DNA of 64,000 nucleotides from assembly GCA_963705255.1 (NCBI GenBank), contig OY970061.1:1760001-1824000 (forward strand), read 5' to 3'. Shown here piece by piece: positions 9,800-21,054 of the stretch. The position numbers were made by a program, and so were the translations under genes. Every line of letters begins with the position of its first letter. Positions within the stretch are counted from its first letter, which is position 1. Under the pieces are notes generated by a model. That model did not search any database and was not told the origin of the DNA. It worked only from the letters and a program-made list of their open reading frames with translations. The DNA comes from an uncultured Methanoregulaceae archaeon. GTDB taxonomy: Archaea; Halobacteriota; Methanomicrobia; Methanomicrobiales; Methanospirillaceae.

Positions 9800-10684
9800 T
9801 CAGTCGCAGCACTGCAGGGGATTGCCTGCATTCCTGCTGTCCGGGTTTTCCCGTATTCGTTCAATCGCTGTGAGTGCGTCCAGCGCGAGATAGGTATTTT
9901 CGAGCGTTGCCGATCCGCCGAATACCGACCGGACATATCCGCCGTTCTCACGGCAGCATTTCCTGATGAATTCTTCGCACTGCACCAGGATGGGCGAATG
10001 GTAGCCGTGCACTGAGCATGCGAGTACGCCGGCATGAATGTGTTCAAGATACGCGGGTTTTGTACCGGGCACCGCAAGGAAGCCATAGACGAGGTCTTCG
10101 CACTGTTTCAGAAAGTTTGTTGAACCTGTTGAGGAGATCGGATAACCGAGGGCTCTAAGGATGGCAAGCGCATGACCAGTCTCGATGATCGTGGATCGGG
10201 GATACCCGAAACCGGTGTCCGGGTACCGATAGCGGAGCACGGCGGTGACGATCTCATCTTTTTTCCCGGCGGAGATTACAGTTCCGGGAAGTGTGCAGAG
10301 ATCGGTGAGGAGATACAGGTGCCCGAAAGAGGAGGAGGATTCGACCGGCCGGATAGTGTCACCGGGTGGCAGCAGGGATGACAGAATCCAGTTTGAGGGA
10401 TCGATATGCGGTCGCTCACCAAGAATGTCCAGACTCCGGATCACTGCGTGCCCGACATTCACGTTCGAAAATTTTCCATCGGGATACTGGAACGCGTGAA
10501 GAAACGAGCAGGTAGTTTCATCATCGTCCGGTAATGCACCCAGCATTTTAAGCGATGCGAGTGCATGGAATGTGTCTCCGGCATTCGGCTCGTCGAGCCG
10601 GTAAAAACAGTAGCCACCGGAACTGCACCGCCGTTCCCGGATATACCGGATGGTTGTCTCCTGTTGAGGGATCATCGGCATCAT
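9800..10684 (-). CDS. Prenyltransferase/squalene-oxidase-repeat protein (COG1689-like)
   Basis: Repeated xxGGF/Y...T(F/Y)xAL motifs (SGGYCFY..DTFHAL; NGGYVRS..ENTYLAL) typical of alpha/alpha-toroid repeats. Confidence 0.75.
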   Translation of the reverse strand: MMPMIPQQETTIRYIRERRCSSGGYCFYRLDEPNAGDTFHALASLKMLGALPDDDETTCSFLHAFQYPDGKFSNVNVGHAVIRSLDILGERPHIDPSNWILSSLLPPGDTIRPVESSSSFGHLYLLTDLCTLPGTVISAGKKDEIVTAVLRYRYPDTGFGYPRSTIIETGHALAILRALGYPISSTGSTNFLKQCEDLVYGFLAVPGTKPAYLEHIHAGVLACSVHGYHSPILVQCEEFIRKCCRENGGYVRSVFGGSATLENTYLALDALTAIERIRENPDSRNAGNPLQCCD

Positions 10685-10697
10685 CTACCATACACTG

Positions 10698-10745
10698 GTA
10701 GAAGTCATCAGCCGGAAAGGGCGGTTTGTGGCGGACTTCATCGCC
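10698..10745 (-). ncRNA. Fluoride riboswitch (crcB motif) upstream of the COG1689-like operon
   Basis: GGCGATGAAGTCCGCC-ACAAACCGC-CCTTTCCG-GCTGATGACTTCTAC, ending 13 nt before the ATG. Confidence 0.93.
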
Positions 10746-11050
10746 GGTACGATAGTGTGGGGTGCGATGATAATTGAAGGTTACGACAAAACGGGTTGGA
10801 GAATGAGAATGACGGGAGAATCCCGGGGCGTAGCGGCCCGAACGTACTTCGTGAGTCCAATCAACAGCGACGAACAGAGTGCGGAGCATGGGTGAAGAGC
10901 GGGCCGGGGAAGCTGCTGGCGCCTTCTGCATCTTCCCCTCAATCATCTCATGGACCGTCTTCTCGATCGAGAAAGAGGGTTACCCACATATCTGCCTCAG
11001 ATAAAAAAACAAAATCAGTGGGAAAGAAGGATTTCAAAAGATCCGGCGGG

Positions 11051-12145
11051 TCAGACACTGTCCCGTGGCACTGCTGTCCGGGGCTTCCTCGCCCGCTTCG
11101 GTTTCGGCTTCCGTTCGTGTGTGCCTTCCTCTCCATCGTCGGAATCTTCATCCAATCCTATCTCTTCGGATTCATGGGGGAGAGGAGACAGAATATCCGG
11201 AGCCCTCTTCCTCTCCTCCGGCGCCGGTTTGTGGATGAGGATTGCGTCGAGCACAGCCTCCACCCCCTCACCCGTCTGCGTGGACATCGTCAGGTAACCC
11301 TCTGCCGCAACGATATCCGATTTGTTTGCCACGACGACCACCGGCACACCCACCATCCCTTGTACTTCCTCAAGCAGGTTGAGCTGCACGTCTATCGGGT
11401 AGCCGCAGTGCTCCGAAGGGTCGAGGATGAAAAGGACAACGTCGGCGACATTCATCATGGCGGAGAGTGCCTGCCGTTCGATCTGGTTCCGCTCTTCGGC
11501 AGGGCGGTCGAGGATACCCGGGGTATCCACGAACTGGATCCGCTCCCGTCCCATCTCCCTGTGCCCCACGATGATGCCTTTTGTGGTAAACGGATAGGAG
11601 GCAATCTGCGGTTCAGCAGAGGAAACGCGCCGGATGAAGGAGGACTTGCCAACGTTCGGGTATCCTGCGATCACCGTCGTGAATGCGTCCTCGACATGGG
11701 GAAGCTTGCGGAGCACATTCCTGACCTCGTTGAGGAAGAGGAGGTCGTTGTCAATCTGGTGGACCATGGAAGCGAGCCGGGCGACCGCACGTTTTCTCAG
11801 GACAAGGGTATCGTCCGCCCTCCGCGACTGCATGGCAAGCTGGCCCCCCACCATCTTGGTGTGTTTTGCAGCCCACCCGACGGCACCGAGGGACTGTTTG
11901 ATGGTGTCTATTCCGTAGAGGATGTCCGCCAGTTCCCGGTAAAACGGCGGGATGCTGTCGAACTCGGGAAACCCCCGTATGATATAGACAAGGCGGTCGT
12001 GGATCGCCGCACCGACCGCACGGACGAACTCCTCGTTTGCCCGCTCCTTGTTGATCTTCTCCTTCATCTTTTTCGCCGCACGGCGGAAACTCCGGTCCAG
12101 GATCTCGTCGGCAGTCGGGACCGTCGGCATTTTTTCGAATTCCAC
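11051..12145 (-). CDS. NOG1-family GTP-binding protein
   Basis: PTVPTADEILDRSF N-terminus, GYPNVGKSS, YPFTT, DTPG, NKSD; probable GTG start. Confidence 0.9.
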   Translation of the reverse strand: MEFEKMPTVPTADEILDRSFRRAAKKMKEKINKERANEEFVRAVGAAIHDRLVYIIRGFPEFDSIPPFYRELADILYGIDTIKQSLGAVGWAAKHTKMVGGQLAMQSRRADDTLVLRKRAVARLASMVHQIDNDLLFLNEVRNVLRKLPHVEDAFTTVIAGYPNVGKSSFIRRVSSAEPQIASYPFTTKGIIVGHREMGRERIQFVDTPGILDRPAEERNQIERQALSAMMNVADVVLFILDPSEHCGYPIDVQLNLLEEVQGMVGVPVVVVANKSDIVAAEGYLTMSTQTGEGVEAVLDAILIHKPAPEERKRAPDILSPLPHESEEIGLDEDSDDGEEGTHERKPKPKRARKPRTAVPRDSV

Positions 12146-12191
12146 AAATCGCCTACCTATATATTTATGGAATGCCATACGGTTTATCGTT

Positions 12192-13070
12192 ATGGACCTG
12201 TCCCTGATCCAGAAGGATATCCTCATCACCCTGATCACCCTCTACCACCAGCAGTCGCATTCCATCAAAGGGGAAGATATTGCCGAGATGATCCAGCGCA
12301 ACCCCGGGACGGTGCGCAACCAGATGCAGGCCCTGAGAGCCATCGGGCTCGTGGACGGAGTACCGGGCCCGAAAGGGGGATACATACCGACGGCCCTTGC
12401 CTACGCGGAACTCAACCTGAACGTTTCCGGAGGCGACTATGATGTCATGATCAGCAGGAACGGGGAGCCCGTCTCGGGAGCAAATGTCAAGGAGATCGAT
12501 TTTACCACGCTCTGCCACCCGGATGTCTGCCACGCGGTGATCAAACTCGTCGGCTCGGCAAAACTCTTCGAGATCGGTGACCAGATCACGATCGGTCCCA
12601 CCCCGGTCAACAAACTCATGATCCGGGGAGAGGTCTTCGGCAGGGACGAATCCCGCCAGTCCCTCCTCATCTCGACATCCGAGATGATCTCGCTGCCCAA
12701 GAAGCCGATAAAAAACTACATGAGCACCCCGTTGAAGACCCTGAAAAGCCCGGATACGCTCATGGACGCCCTTCTCCTATTCAACCGTGACCACATCCAT
12801 GGCGCCCCGGTCATGGATAATGGCCGGCTTGCCGGTATTATCACGATGAGCGATATTGCAAAGGCCATTGAAAAAGGACTGCCGCTCACCACGCAGGTTT
12901 CCGGGGTGATGACTGCTGATGTCGTCGAAGCGTCCTCGGATACGAAACTGTTCGAGGTCATCCGCAGGTTCAAGGAGCGGGAGATCGGCAGGCTTGTCGT
13001 GGTCGAGGACGGGAAACCGGTCGGCATCCTCACCCAGTCGGATATCATCCGGGTATTCCCCTCGTTTTAA
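12192..13070 (+). CDS. Winged-helix + CBS-pair transcriptional regulator (COG2524-like)
   Basis: RNPGTVRNQMQAL..GPKGGY N-terminus; two C-terminal CBS domains. Confidence 0.85.
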   Translation: MDLSLIQKDILITLITLYHQQSHSIKGEDIAEMIQRNPGTVRNQMQALRAIGLVDGVPGPKGGYIPTALAYAELNLNVSGGDYDVMISRNGEPVSGANVKEIDFTTLCHPDVCHAVIKLVGSAKLFEIGDQITIGPTPVNKLMIRGEVFGRDESRQSLLISTSEMISLPKKPIKNYMSTPLKTLKSPDTLMDALLLFNRDHIHGAPVMDNGRLAGIITMSDIAKAIEKGLPLTTQVSGVMTADVVEASSDTKLFEVIRRFKEREIGRLVVVEDGKPVGILTQSDIIRVFPSF

Positions 13071-13124
13071 ATGCAATATCTTTAGATATGTCAAGGTAAA
13101 TTGTATGGGAGGAACCGAGGTTTT

Positions 13125-13334
13125 ATGTCAGAACTTTCCCAGGCAGCTGTTGAACGCATCATCAAGAAAGCCGGTGCCGGGCGTGTGAGCTCCGATGCCA
13201 TCGAGACCCTTGCCGCCCTGATGGAGGAATACGGTATCTTTCTTGCAAAAGAGGCAAAGAAGATGTCCGACCATGCAGGAAGAAAGACCCTGCGGGGGTC
13301 CGACATCCGGATGGCAGCTGAAATATTCAAATAA
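13125..13334 (+). CDS. Archaeal histone (HMf family)
   Basis: ELSQAAVERIIKKAGAGRVS...HAGRKT histone fold. Confidence 0.92.
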   Translation: MSELSQAAVERIIKKAGAGRVSSDAIETLAALMEEYGIFLAKEAKKMSDHAGRKTLRGSDIRMAAEIFK

Positions 13335-13420
13335 CGTTTGTGCGTTATTTGTCCTGAAAAATACTCTTTTTTCTTCGGTTTTTAGAACAATTTAAATATT
13401 TATACATCGTCAATTTTTTT

Positions 13421-13675
13421 ATGACTCGTATATTTGCCCGCAGCCTTTCGAGAAAGAAGATCATGAGCAATGACGGCAAGCTCATCGGCACCCTCAAGAA
13501 CATCCGGGTAGATTTTGATTCCGGGCAGGTCTGCGAGATGATCATCCACCCGGACCAGGCCTTTGCCACCGATGGTTACAACCTGGAAGATGACAAGCTC
13601 CTCCTCATCCCGTTCGAGGCGGTCAAGGACATCAAAGACTATATTGTCGTGGATCGCTATCTCGCGAAAAAATAA
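13421..13675 (+). CDS. PRC-barrel domain protein
   Basis: DGKLIG..IPFEAVKDIKDYIVV. Confidence 0.85.
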   Translation: MTRIFARSLSRKKIMSNDGKLIGTLKNIRVDFDSGQVCEMIIHPDQAFATDGYNLEDDKLLLIPFEAVKDIKDYIVVDRYLAKK

Positions 13676-14355
13676 GACGAATATTTTTCGACGGCTTCGG
13701 TGAACCCGTCGCCATATCCTTTTTCCGTGACATAATCGGCCACCGCTTTTGTCTCCGGATGCGCATTTGCCACCGCTATCCCTGTCCCGGCAGTCCTGAG
13801 CATATGGATATCGTTGACCGAATCGCCGACCGCCAGGAAATCGGCCGGGGAAAGACCCATCTCCTCCGCGAGTGCTACGAGCGCTGTCCCTTTGTTGATG
13901 CCAGGGGACTGCAGGTGAATTGCATACCCGGTGTCAATCACCTGCACCGGGTGATCGCGGAGGACGGTCTTCACTTCTTCGACAGGGACCGTCCGGGCAA
14001 ACGCGAGGTCCGCAAACCGGTACGCCGGGTTGAAGAGCTCGAGTTCCCGCCCCTTCTGCCGGTAATACGCCTGGACTATTCCGAGGGCATCTTTACACTC
14101 TCCCTGGTCTCCGGTAATATGGAGGGGACCGGTGAACCCTGTCCGGAATACTCCCCCGTTTTCTGCAATGAACGTGCCGTCAGTCCCGATCATCTTGCAG
14201 AGTGCGTCCATGAAGCAGGACGTATTCCCGCTTGCCAGTACCACCCTCACCCCCCGATCGGTGAGGGACCGGATCGCCTCAATGGACCCGGTGCTGATCC
14301 TCCGGGAGGGATCGGTAAGTGTCCCGTCAATATCGGTCAGGAGCGCTTTCAGCAC
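13657..14355 (-). CDS. Phosphoglycolate phosphatase, archaeal HAD type
   Basis: DIDGTLT, ASGN, NKG, GDSVND motifs. Confidence 0.88.
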   Translation of the reverse strand: MLKALLTDIDGTLTDPSRRISTGSIEAIRSLTDRGVRVVLASGNTSCFMDALCKMIGTDGTFIAENGGVFRTGFTGPLHITGDQGECKDALGIVQAYYRQKGRELELFNPAYRFADLAFARTVPVEEVKTVLRDHPVQVIDTGYAIHLQSPGINKGTALVALAEEMGLSPADFLAVGDSVNDIHMLRTAGTGIAVANAHPETKAVADYVTEKGYGDGFTEAVEKYSSYFFAR

Positions 14356-15327
14356 GGTTTGAGACCCGCCTCTTCAACAATGAACGGGGCTTCGCCCTCA
14401 GGAAGGTTGGGACTGTCCACGAGACGTGCAATGCGTTTTCCGCCTTTGCTCTTGCGCAGGTAAAGACGGAATGTTGCTGTGTGGCCGACGATGTTGCCAC
14501 CGATCGGTTTTGTCGGGTCGCCGAAGAAGACCGCCGGGTTGGACATGACCTGGTTGGTGACAAGCCCGACCGCGTTGTGTTCGTCGATGAGCTTGAAGAG
14601 TTCGTGCATGTGACGGTTCAGCTTCTGCTGCCGGGCTGCGAGTGTCCCCCTTCCGGCATATTCTGCCCGGAAGTGGGCCGTGAGCGAGTCGATGATGAAG
14701 AGCTTGACCGGCTTGTCGCTCTCTTTCAGTTCGTTTGCCAGTTCGCGGGAGTTGTCGATCAGGAGCATCTGGTGGTCCGACGTGTGGGCCCGGGCAATAT
14801 GGATATTATTCAGGAATTCCTGGGCATCCGGGATATCGTCGAGCCCGAGGCCGTTGACCATCTGCTCGATACGCTCGGGACGGAAGGTGTTTTCTGTATC
14901 GATATAGATGACGCTGCCGGGCAAGACCGCCCTGTTCTTCCGGGAGCTGGACGTTCACCGCCATCTGGTGGACGATCTGGCTCTTGCCGGAACCGAATTC
15001 GCCGTACATCTCCGTGATTGCCTGTGTCTCGAGGCCCCCGCCCATCAGATTATCCAGTTCGGGGACCCGGAACGAGAGTTTCCGGACATCCTTTCTCTGC
15101 TCAAAGATGTCCTTCCCGGTCTTGAATCCCCCGACATCAGCTGCCTCGCGGGCGGCCTTGATGATCTTCTTTGCGGTCGACTCGGAGATCTCGGAGACCT
15201 CCGAGAGCTCTGCCGGCGATGCGGTTGCGATGCTTTCTACCGAGAGGTAACCTGCTTCCCGGAGCTTGTCTGCGGTGCTCGGGCCGACACCCGGCAAATC
15301 TTCAATTTCCAATGGTCCTTCAGCCAT
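14349..15327 (-). CDS. radA: DNA repair and recombination protein RadA (1-bp frameshift near 14920, probably artefact)
   Basis: HhH N-terminus, [27 protein letters not shown] split across two ORFs. Confidence 0.95.
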
Positions 15328-15406
15328 GTCTTGTACATCTCCTATGGCACAACAAGATGTTAAAGACTGACATATAAAGTCCCGGACTGCGTGGGGTGAA
15401 AGTGAA

Positions 15407-16706
15407 TTACCGGGCCAGTCGTTCCCTGAAACCGCGGATCCGGGTAAGGATATCGTCCGCGTTCATACCGGCAGGTTCGATCTGTTCAGGTTTAATCCTG
15501 CTGCCGGAGAGGATGCCGGTCACGCTTATCCGGCTCCCCTCGGCAAACTCGCCCTCGATAAGGTAACGATGTATGCCATCATCGATGAAGGTGCACCCCG
15601 GCCCGGAGATGATGGTACCGCAGAAGACGATGGGACGGGACACCTCGTTCGGTACCCGGAACGCGCTGCCTCTTCCCACACCCAGTTCGATCCCCCCAAA
15701 CCGCCCGGCCCGGGCAGTGGCGTGGTAGGCCTCGATCCGGTCCCCGGGACCGAGCGGGACAAGTGCATTCTCCCCCCACAGGTACAACCCTGAGATCATC
15801 CTCCCCCTCACCCACGACAATATTCCGTACCCAGGACGTGGCACCGTTCCGTGTGGTAAACGATCGCGGTTCTTTTACTTCTTTTACTACCCCCTGTATG
15901 GTGTAGATGCCCCGGTCACTGACAGAACCCAGGGGGGAAAACGGGACCGGCACCTGGATATCGGTCATCGTAACGCTGCTCTTCTCGTCAAGGCTGTAAT
16001 TTCTCCCTTCGTCGCGCACATTCGGTTTTGCCCCGGTTATACGGACGCTTGCACCGGCAGGAATACCGAGGAGCAGTTCCGGCACCCAGGCAACGACCCG
16101 GGCGGTCCCGAGCGCATCACCAATGACTGCTTCCACCATCCCGCCGGTTGTGCCGTCTCTCTTCGTAAATGTCCGGGGCCCTTTCACTGCGATCAGGACC
16201 GCATCAAGATCTACCGGTTCATCTGACAGGCTCCCGGCCATGGTCCCGTCAGGAGGAGCGGGGCAGATGATCTCGCAGCTGGCCTTCCGGAGGGCAAGGG
16301 CATAGATCTCCCGGGTGCTCTTTCCCGGGTGCCGGCCGATGATCTCGAGTACGTCACCGGCAGCTATGTCAAGGACCGCCCCCGCCTTCTCGTCCCAGAG
16401 CACGACGCGGGTCGTCCCGGTCTCGTCCCCCAGCAGCAGGGTGGCCACCCCCCCTTTCTCGCCATCGGCCCGCTCGAACTCCTTCGGCTCGGTCTTGTCG
16501 ATGACTTTCCCGAAAAAAGAGAAGAGGCTGGACTTTGCCGACAGCCCCCTGATCTTCACGTGCTGCCGGCCCAGTTCGCCGACGACGAGCATTGCCGCGG
16601 TCGGTTCGTCGACGAGGTCGCCGCACTCTTCGATCTTTGCCTCGACCCGCCGTTCGAACTCCTCTTTTGTTATGAGGTCGTCGACCAGCGCGTGGTGGAA
16701 GAGCAC
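15407..16706 (-). CDS. Replication protein A-like multi-OB-fold protein (frameshift near 15781)
   Basis: Repeated OB folds ([13 protein letters not shown]); adjacent to radA. Confidence 0.8.
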
Positions 16707-16720
16707 GGCCAGGCCTCCGC

Positions 16721-18012
16721 CTACCGCTGCCAGGGCGGCTGTTCCATCGCTGAGGTGAGGTCGCTGACAGTCTCCCCCCGCCTCATCAGAGCGACATCGG
16801 GGCCCCTGACCAGCACCTCGGGACAGCGGGGGCGGCTGTTGTACTGCGAGGACATCGCAAACCCGTAGGCCCCGGCATCGAGTACGGCGATGATATCGCC
16901 GGCTTCCAGCTGCGGGAGCTTCCGGTCCGGCGCAAGGATGTCCCCGCTCTCGCAGATCGGCCCGGTGACCGTGTATTCCGTGGTAAGGGGCCTGTCCGCC
17001 TTGTTGGCAACGATCACTTCATGGTAGGCGTCATACATCGCGGGACGGATGAGCAGGTTGAAACCGGCGTCTACGTTGGCAAACCTCTTGTGGGCGGCCT
17101 TGGTCGAGTTGACCCGGGTGAGGAGGACGGTGGAGTCGGCTGTGAGCGACCGCCCGGGCTCGACCCAGAGTTCCGGGGTGATGCCGCATGCCTCGACACC
17201 TGCTTTGAAGACCGGCACGACCTTTGCCGCGTAGTCCTCCGGTGTCGGCGCCGGGTCGGTGTCATGGTGGTACGGTATGCCAAGCCCGCCGCCGAGATCG
17301 ATGAACTCCAGGTTCACGCCCGTCTCCGTGATCTCCTTCGCTATCCGCACCATCACTTCGGCGGCCCGCGCGAATGGTTCGACATCGAGGATCTGCGACC
17401 CGATATGGCAGTGGATCCCGACCGGCAGGATATTGCTGCACGCAAGGGCTTCCCGGTAGGCCGCAGGGATCTCCCGGTGGGGATCCCGAATTTGCTGGTC
17501 GCAAGCCCGGTTGCGATCTTCGGGTGCGTGGGGACTTCGAGGGCCGGGTTCACGCGGAACGCGATCTTCGAAGTCGTCCCCGCCGCCCGTGCTGCGGCAT
17601 CGAGCTGGTGGAGTTCGTCAAGGGAGTCCACCGAGACTTTCACCCCCTTTTCCACGGCGAGCTTCAGGTCTGCCGGGGTCTTCGAGCTGCCGTTGAAGAG
17701 CAGTTTTTCCGGTGCCATGCCGGCGGCAAGCGCGAGAGTGAGTTCTCCTGAAGAGAAGACGTCCGCGCCTGCGCCCAGCCGTGCGAGCGCCCGCATGACC
17801 GCAAGGTTGCCGTTCGCCTTTGCTGCAAAGAGCACCTGCACCTTCGGGTACCGGGCAGAGAGCGCCTTCCGGTACCTCAGGAACTGTTCGCAGACCCGGT
17901 CCTCGCTCGTGACATAGAGCGGCGTCCCGTACTGGCGTGCGAGGGAAACGCAGTCGTGGCCGCCAATATGGAGGTGGCCCTGCTGAACGGTGAGGTGGCC
18001 GGGGAGGTTCAC
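16721..18012 (-). CDS. lysA: Diaminopimelate decarboxylase (frameshift near 17480)
   Basis: YGTPLYV, FAAKAN, SKFG, HCHIGSQ, DLGGG, EPGR, GPICESGD, YNSRP. Confidence 0.93.
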
Positions 18013-19157
18013 AGATCCATCCTCCGCATCCGCCCGATGGCCTCCTCTATCCGTGCGGCCGGGCGCGTAATGGCGAACCGCACGTAGCCTTCCCCGCTCG
18101 AGCCAAAGCCCACCCCCGGGGTTGCGACAATGCCCGCCTCGTTGAGCAGCCGTGCGCTGAACGCCATGCAGTCGCTGACCGGGAGCCAGACATAGAAGGT
18201 CGCCTTTGGTGACGGCACGTCAAAACCGAGACCCCTCAGTCCGGAGATGAGCACGTCCCGGCGCTCCTGGTACGTGGCGCAGGCCTGCTTCACGCAGTCC
18301 TGCGGCCCCGTCAGCGCCGTGACCGCCGCGTGCTGGACCGCGTTGAAGACCCCGGAGTCGACATTGGTCTTCACCCGCCCGAGGCCTGCAAGGACCGCCG
18401 CGTTGCCGACCGCCATGCCGATCCGCCAGCCGGTCATGTTGTAGGTCTTGGAGAGCGAGTGCACCTCGATGCCGACCTCCATTGCCCCCGGGGTCTCAAG
18501 GAATGACGGGGCGCGGTAACCGTCGTAGGCAATCTCGGAGTACGCATTGTCCGAGACTACGACGATGCCATGCCCGCGGGCGAAATCGACGACTTCTTTG
18601 TAAAACCCGTCGGGAGCGACTGCCGCGGTCGGATTGTTGGGATAGTTGACGAACATGAGTTTCGCCGCTTTTGCGACCTTTGCAGGGATATCGTCCAGCA
18701 CGGGAACAAAATTATTCTCCCGAAGGAGCGGCATCTCGTGGACCCTGCCCTCGGCAAAGAGGGTGCCGGTCCGGTAGACCGGGTAGCCGGGGCTCGGGGC
18801 AAGGACATAGTCGCCCGGGTTCACGAACGCCTCGGCGATATGGGCGATGCCGTCCTTGGAGCCCATGAGGGCGAGGACTTCCTTTCCTGCATCGAGGGTA
18901 ACGCCAAAGCGCTTTCTGTACCAGCCTGCCACGGCGCTGCGGTATAAGGGCATGCCGGCATAGGAGGGGTAGTGGTGGTTCTCCGGGTCCTGCGCTGCCC
19001 TGCAGAGGGCGGCCACGATATGGGGTGGCGTCGGGAGGTCCGGATCCCCTACGCCGAGGTCGATGATGTCGACCCCTTTTTTCAGCTGCTCCGCTTTCAT
19101 CTCGTCGATCCGTGCAAAAAGGTACGGCGGGAGATTATCCATGCGTGATGCGTACAT
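18009..19157 (-). CDS. dapL: LL-diaminopimelate aminotransferase
   Basis: PPYLFA, NYPNNPT, SLSKTYNMTGWRIG; operonic with lysA. Confidence 0.85.
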   Translation of the reverse strand: MYASRMDNLPPYLFARIDEMKAEQLKKGVDIIDLGVGDPDLPTPPHIVAALCRAAQDPENHHYPSYAGMPLYRSAVAGWYRKRFGVTLDAGKEVLALMGSKDGIAHIAEAFVNPGDYVLAPSPGYPVYRTGTLFAEGRVHEMPLLRENNFVPVLDDIPAKVAKAAKLMFVNYPNNPTAAVAPDGFYKEVVDFARGHGIVVVSDNAYSEIAYDGYRAPSFLETPGAMEVGIEVHSLSKTYNMTGWRIGMAVGNAAVLAGLGRVKTNVDSGVFNAVQHAAVTALTGPQDCVKQACATYQERRDVLISGLRGLGFDVPSPKATFYVWLPVSDCMAFSARLLNEAGIVATPGVGFGSSGEGYVRFAITRPAARIEEAIGRMRRMDL

Positions 19158-19278
19158 AAGTACCCACTATGTGCGCTGTATTCTCTAGAATTTAACTCCC
19201 CGTGCCGGCAGGTTCATTCCAACCGGGGGGTAGGAAAAAGAACTATCCTTATTATCCCGCAGTCCAACATTCATCGTC

Positions 19279-19620
19279 ATGGTGGAATCAGAAAGTCCGG
19301 ACCCGGTGCCGGAAATTTGTGTGATCCTCTCCACGGTCCCCCCGTCGAGATCCGCAGAGATTGCACGGGCACTTCTCGACCGTCACCTCGTGGCCTGCGT
19401 AAATATAACACCTGTCAGGTCATGGTACCGCTGGAAGGGGGAGTTCTGTGATGACGAAGAGCACCTGCTCATCCTGAAGACCCGGAAGGAGCATACCGAA
19501 ATGGTCATCCGGGAACTCCGGGCCCTGCATCCCTACGAAGTGCCGGAGATCATCGCAGTGCCGGTTACTGCCGGGCACCCTCCCTACCTTGCATGGGTCC
19601 GTGGCGAAACGCAGGTATGA
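19279..19620 (+). CDS. cutA: Divalent-cation tolerance protein CutA
   Basis: LVACVNI..SWYRWKG..E..HPYEVPEII. Confidence 0.9.
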   Translation: MVESESPDPVPEICVILSTVPPSRSAEIARALLDRHLVACVNITPVRSWYRWKGEFCDDEEHLLILKTRKEHTEMVIRELRALHPYEVPEIIAVPVTAGHPPYLAWVRGETQV

Positions 19621-19714
19621 TACGAACATTTCCGGCGGGTGCGGCCGTGATGCGTAAAGTTATTTCCTGTAGCCGAGTAAAGAAACTGTACCCTATCGCA
19701 GGGGACGTGAAATC

Positions 19715-20188
19715 GTGACAGGTGAACCGACAACAAAGCCCGCAACAGCACTCCTCGTGCTCGGGTGCCCGCAGGTACCGGTGCAGACCAGTATCGCGCT
19801 CTATCTCATCAACCGGCTGAAAAAGGCCGGGATAACACCGGTTGTTGCCGGCAACAGGTCAGCAAACACCCTGCTTGTCGTTTCGGATCCGGACCGGCAC
19901 TACCTTGGCGAGGTCATCGACCTCGATCGTGCCGTCGCGCTGATCACGGAGAAGAAGCGGGACTTTGACCAGTGCTTCGTCTTCATCCACAACGACGCGG
20001 GGGTCAGCTACGCAGCGACCATGGGAGCAATCTCCCGAGCGAAACTGTATGCCCTTGTATATGGCGAACATTTTGATGAGCAGGTGAAGAAGATCGAGTT
20101 TCCCTGTACGATCATTGCGGCAAAGGCGGTCCACAACCCCCTGCCCCTGAAAAAGGCGATCGACGAGGTGGCACCGTGGGCTGCGTAG
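19715..20188 (+). CDS. DUF1890 family protein
   Basis: LLVLGCPQVPVQ...AVHNPLPL. Confidence 0.8.
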   Translation: MTGEPTTKPATALLVLGCPQVPVQTSIALYLINRLKKAGITPVVAGNRSANTLLVVSDPDRHYLGEVIDLDRAVALITEKKRDFDQCFVFIHNDAGVSYAATMGAISRAKLYALVYGEHFDEQVKKIEFPCTIIAAKAVHNPLPLKKAIDEVAPWAA

Positions 20189-20451
20189 AATCGATGAACT
20201 ATGAGATCGTGCTGCGGGACGCGACGTTCAAAGAGTCCCGCGACTACATACGGAGTAATTTCAGGGAATCGATCGATGTCCAGCCCGGTTTCAAGATCTT
20301 CGATGTCCATGTCATCGGCCTCCCCCCGATTGCGATAGGGCTCGATGGAGATTTTGTCATCTTCCCGTATACCAAACCCTGTCACGGAACCTTCCTGCTC
20401 CGGGTGGAAGACAGGGAAGAGGCAACAAGGCTGCGGGCATTGAAGAAATAG
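20176..20451 (+). CDS. DUF1894 family protein
   Basis: MGCVE..FPYTKPCHGTF. Confidence 0.8.
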   Translation: MGCVESMNYEIVLRDATFKESRDYIRSNFRESIDVQPGFKIFDVHVIGLPPIAIGLDGDFVIFPYTKPCHGTFLLRVEDREEATRLRALKK

Positions 20452-20622
20452 CGGAGACTCACACCTTCGCAGGACTGGCGGATGGCAGTGAAATCAGCGA
20501 TTACGAACATCATTACCATGGTGAAGTCCGGCTTCGGGGGAACCGGCTGTCCGGGCCGCTGATATATGATATTCTATATAGTATATGCAGCAAGAAATAG
20601 TACGTAAGGGAAGAGGCCCTGT

Positions 20623-21009
20623 ATGACCAGCAAGGGAAAGATCCTCCTGATGGATGATGAACAGATCATCCTCGATGTGACTCTCGAGGTGCTCACATTC
20701 CTTGGGTATGATGCGAGTTTTGCCAGGGACGGGGCGGAGGCGCTGGATCTCTATACAAAGGAAAAAGCTGCCGGACATCCTTTTGATATCGTTATTCTCG
20801 ACCTTTCGATCCCGAACGGCATCGGCGGGAAAGACGCGATTGAACACCTCAGGGCATTTGATCCTGCGGTAAAGGCGATCGTGTCCACCGGCTATACCAA
20901 TGATCCGGTTGTGCAGAATTTCGAACAGTACGGTTTTTCCGGGATACTCTCCAAGCCCTACAAGATCAATGACCTGAAAACCGTTCTTGAGCAGCTGATG
21001 CAGAAATAA
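20623..21009 (+). CDS. Single-domain response regulator
   Basis: ILLMDDE, VILD, KPY receiver motifs. Confidence 0.9.
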   Translation: MTSKGKILLMDDEQIILDVTLEVLTFLGYDASFARDGAEALDLYTKEKAAGHPFDIVILDLSIPNGIGGKDAIEHLRAFDPAVKAIVSTGYTNDPVVQNFEQYGFSGILSKPYKINDLKTVLEQLMQK

Positions 21010-21054
21010 GGGATTTCATGGGGGCGGTCAAGCCCTTTTGCCGGCATCTGCCCT

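Noticed and set aside
10800-11000. Possible integrase remnant at the edge of the riboswitch block
   Set aside because: Only a vague PHSVRR-like match in a broken frame; unsupported without a search
14900-14930. Programmed frameshift or intein in radA
   Set aside because: A single extra C with no slippery site or intein motifs; fits the window-wide indel error pattern
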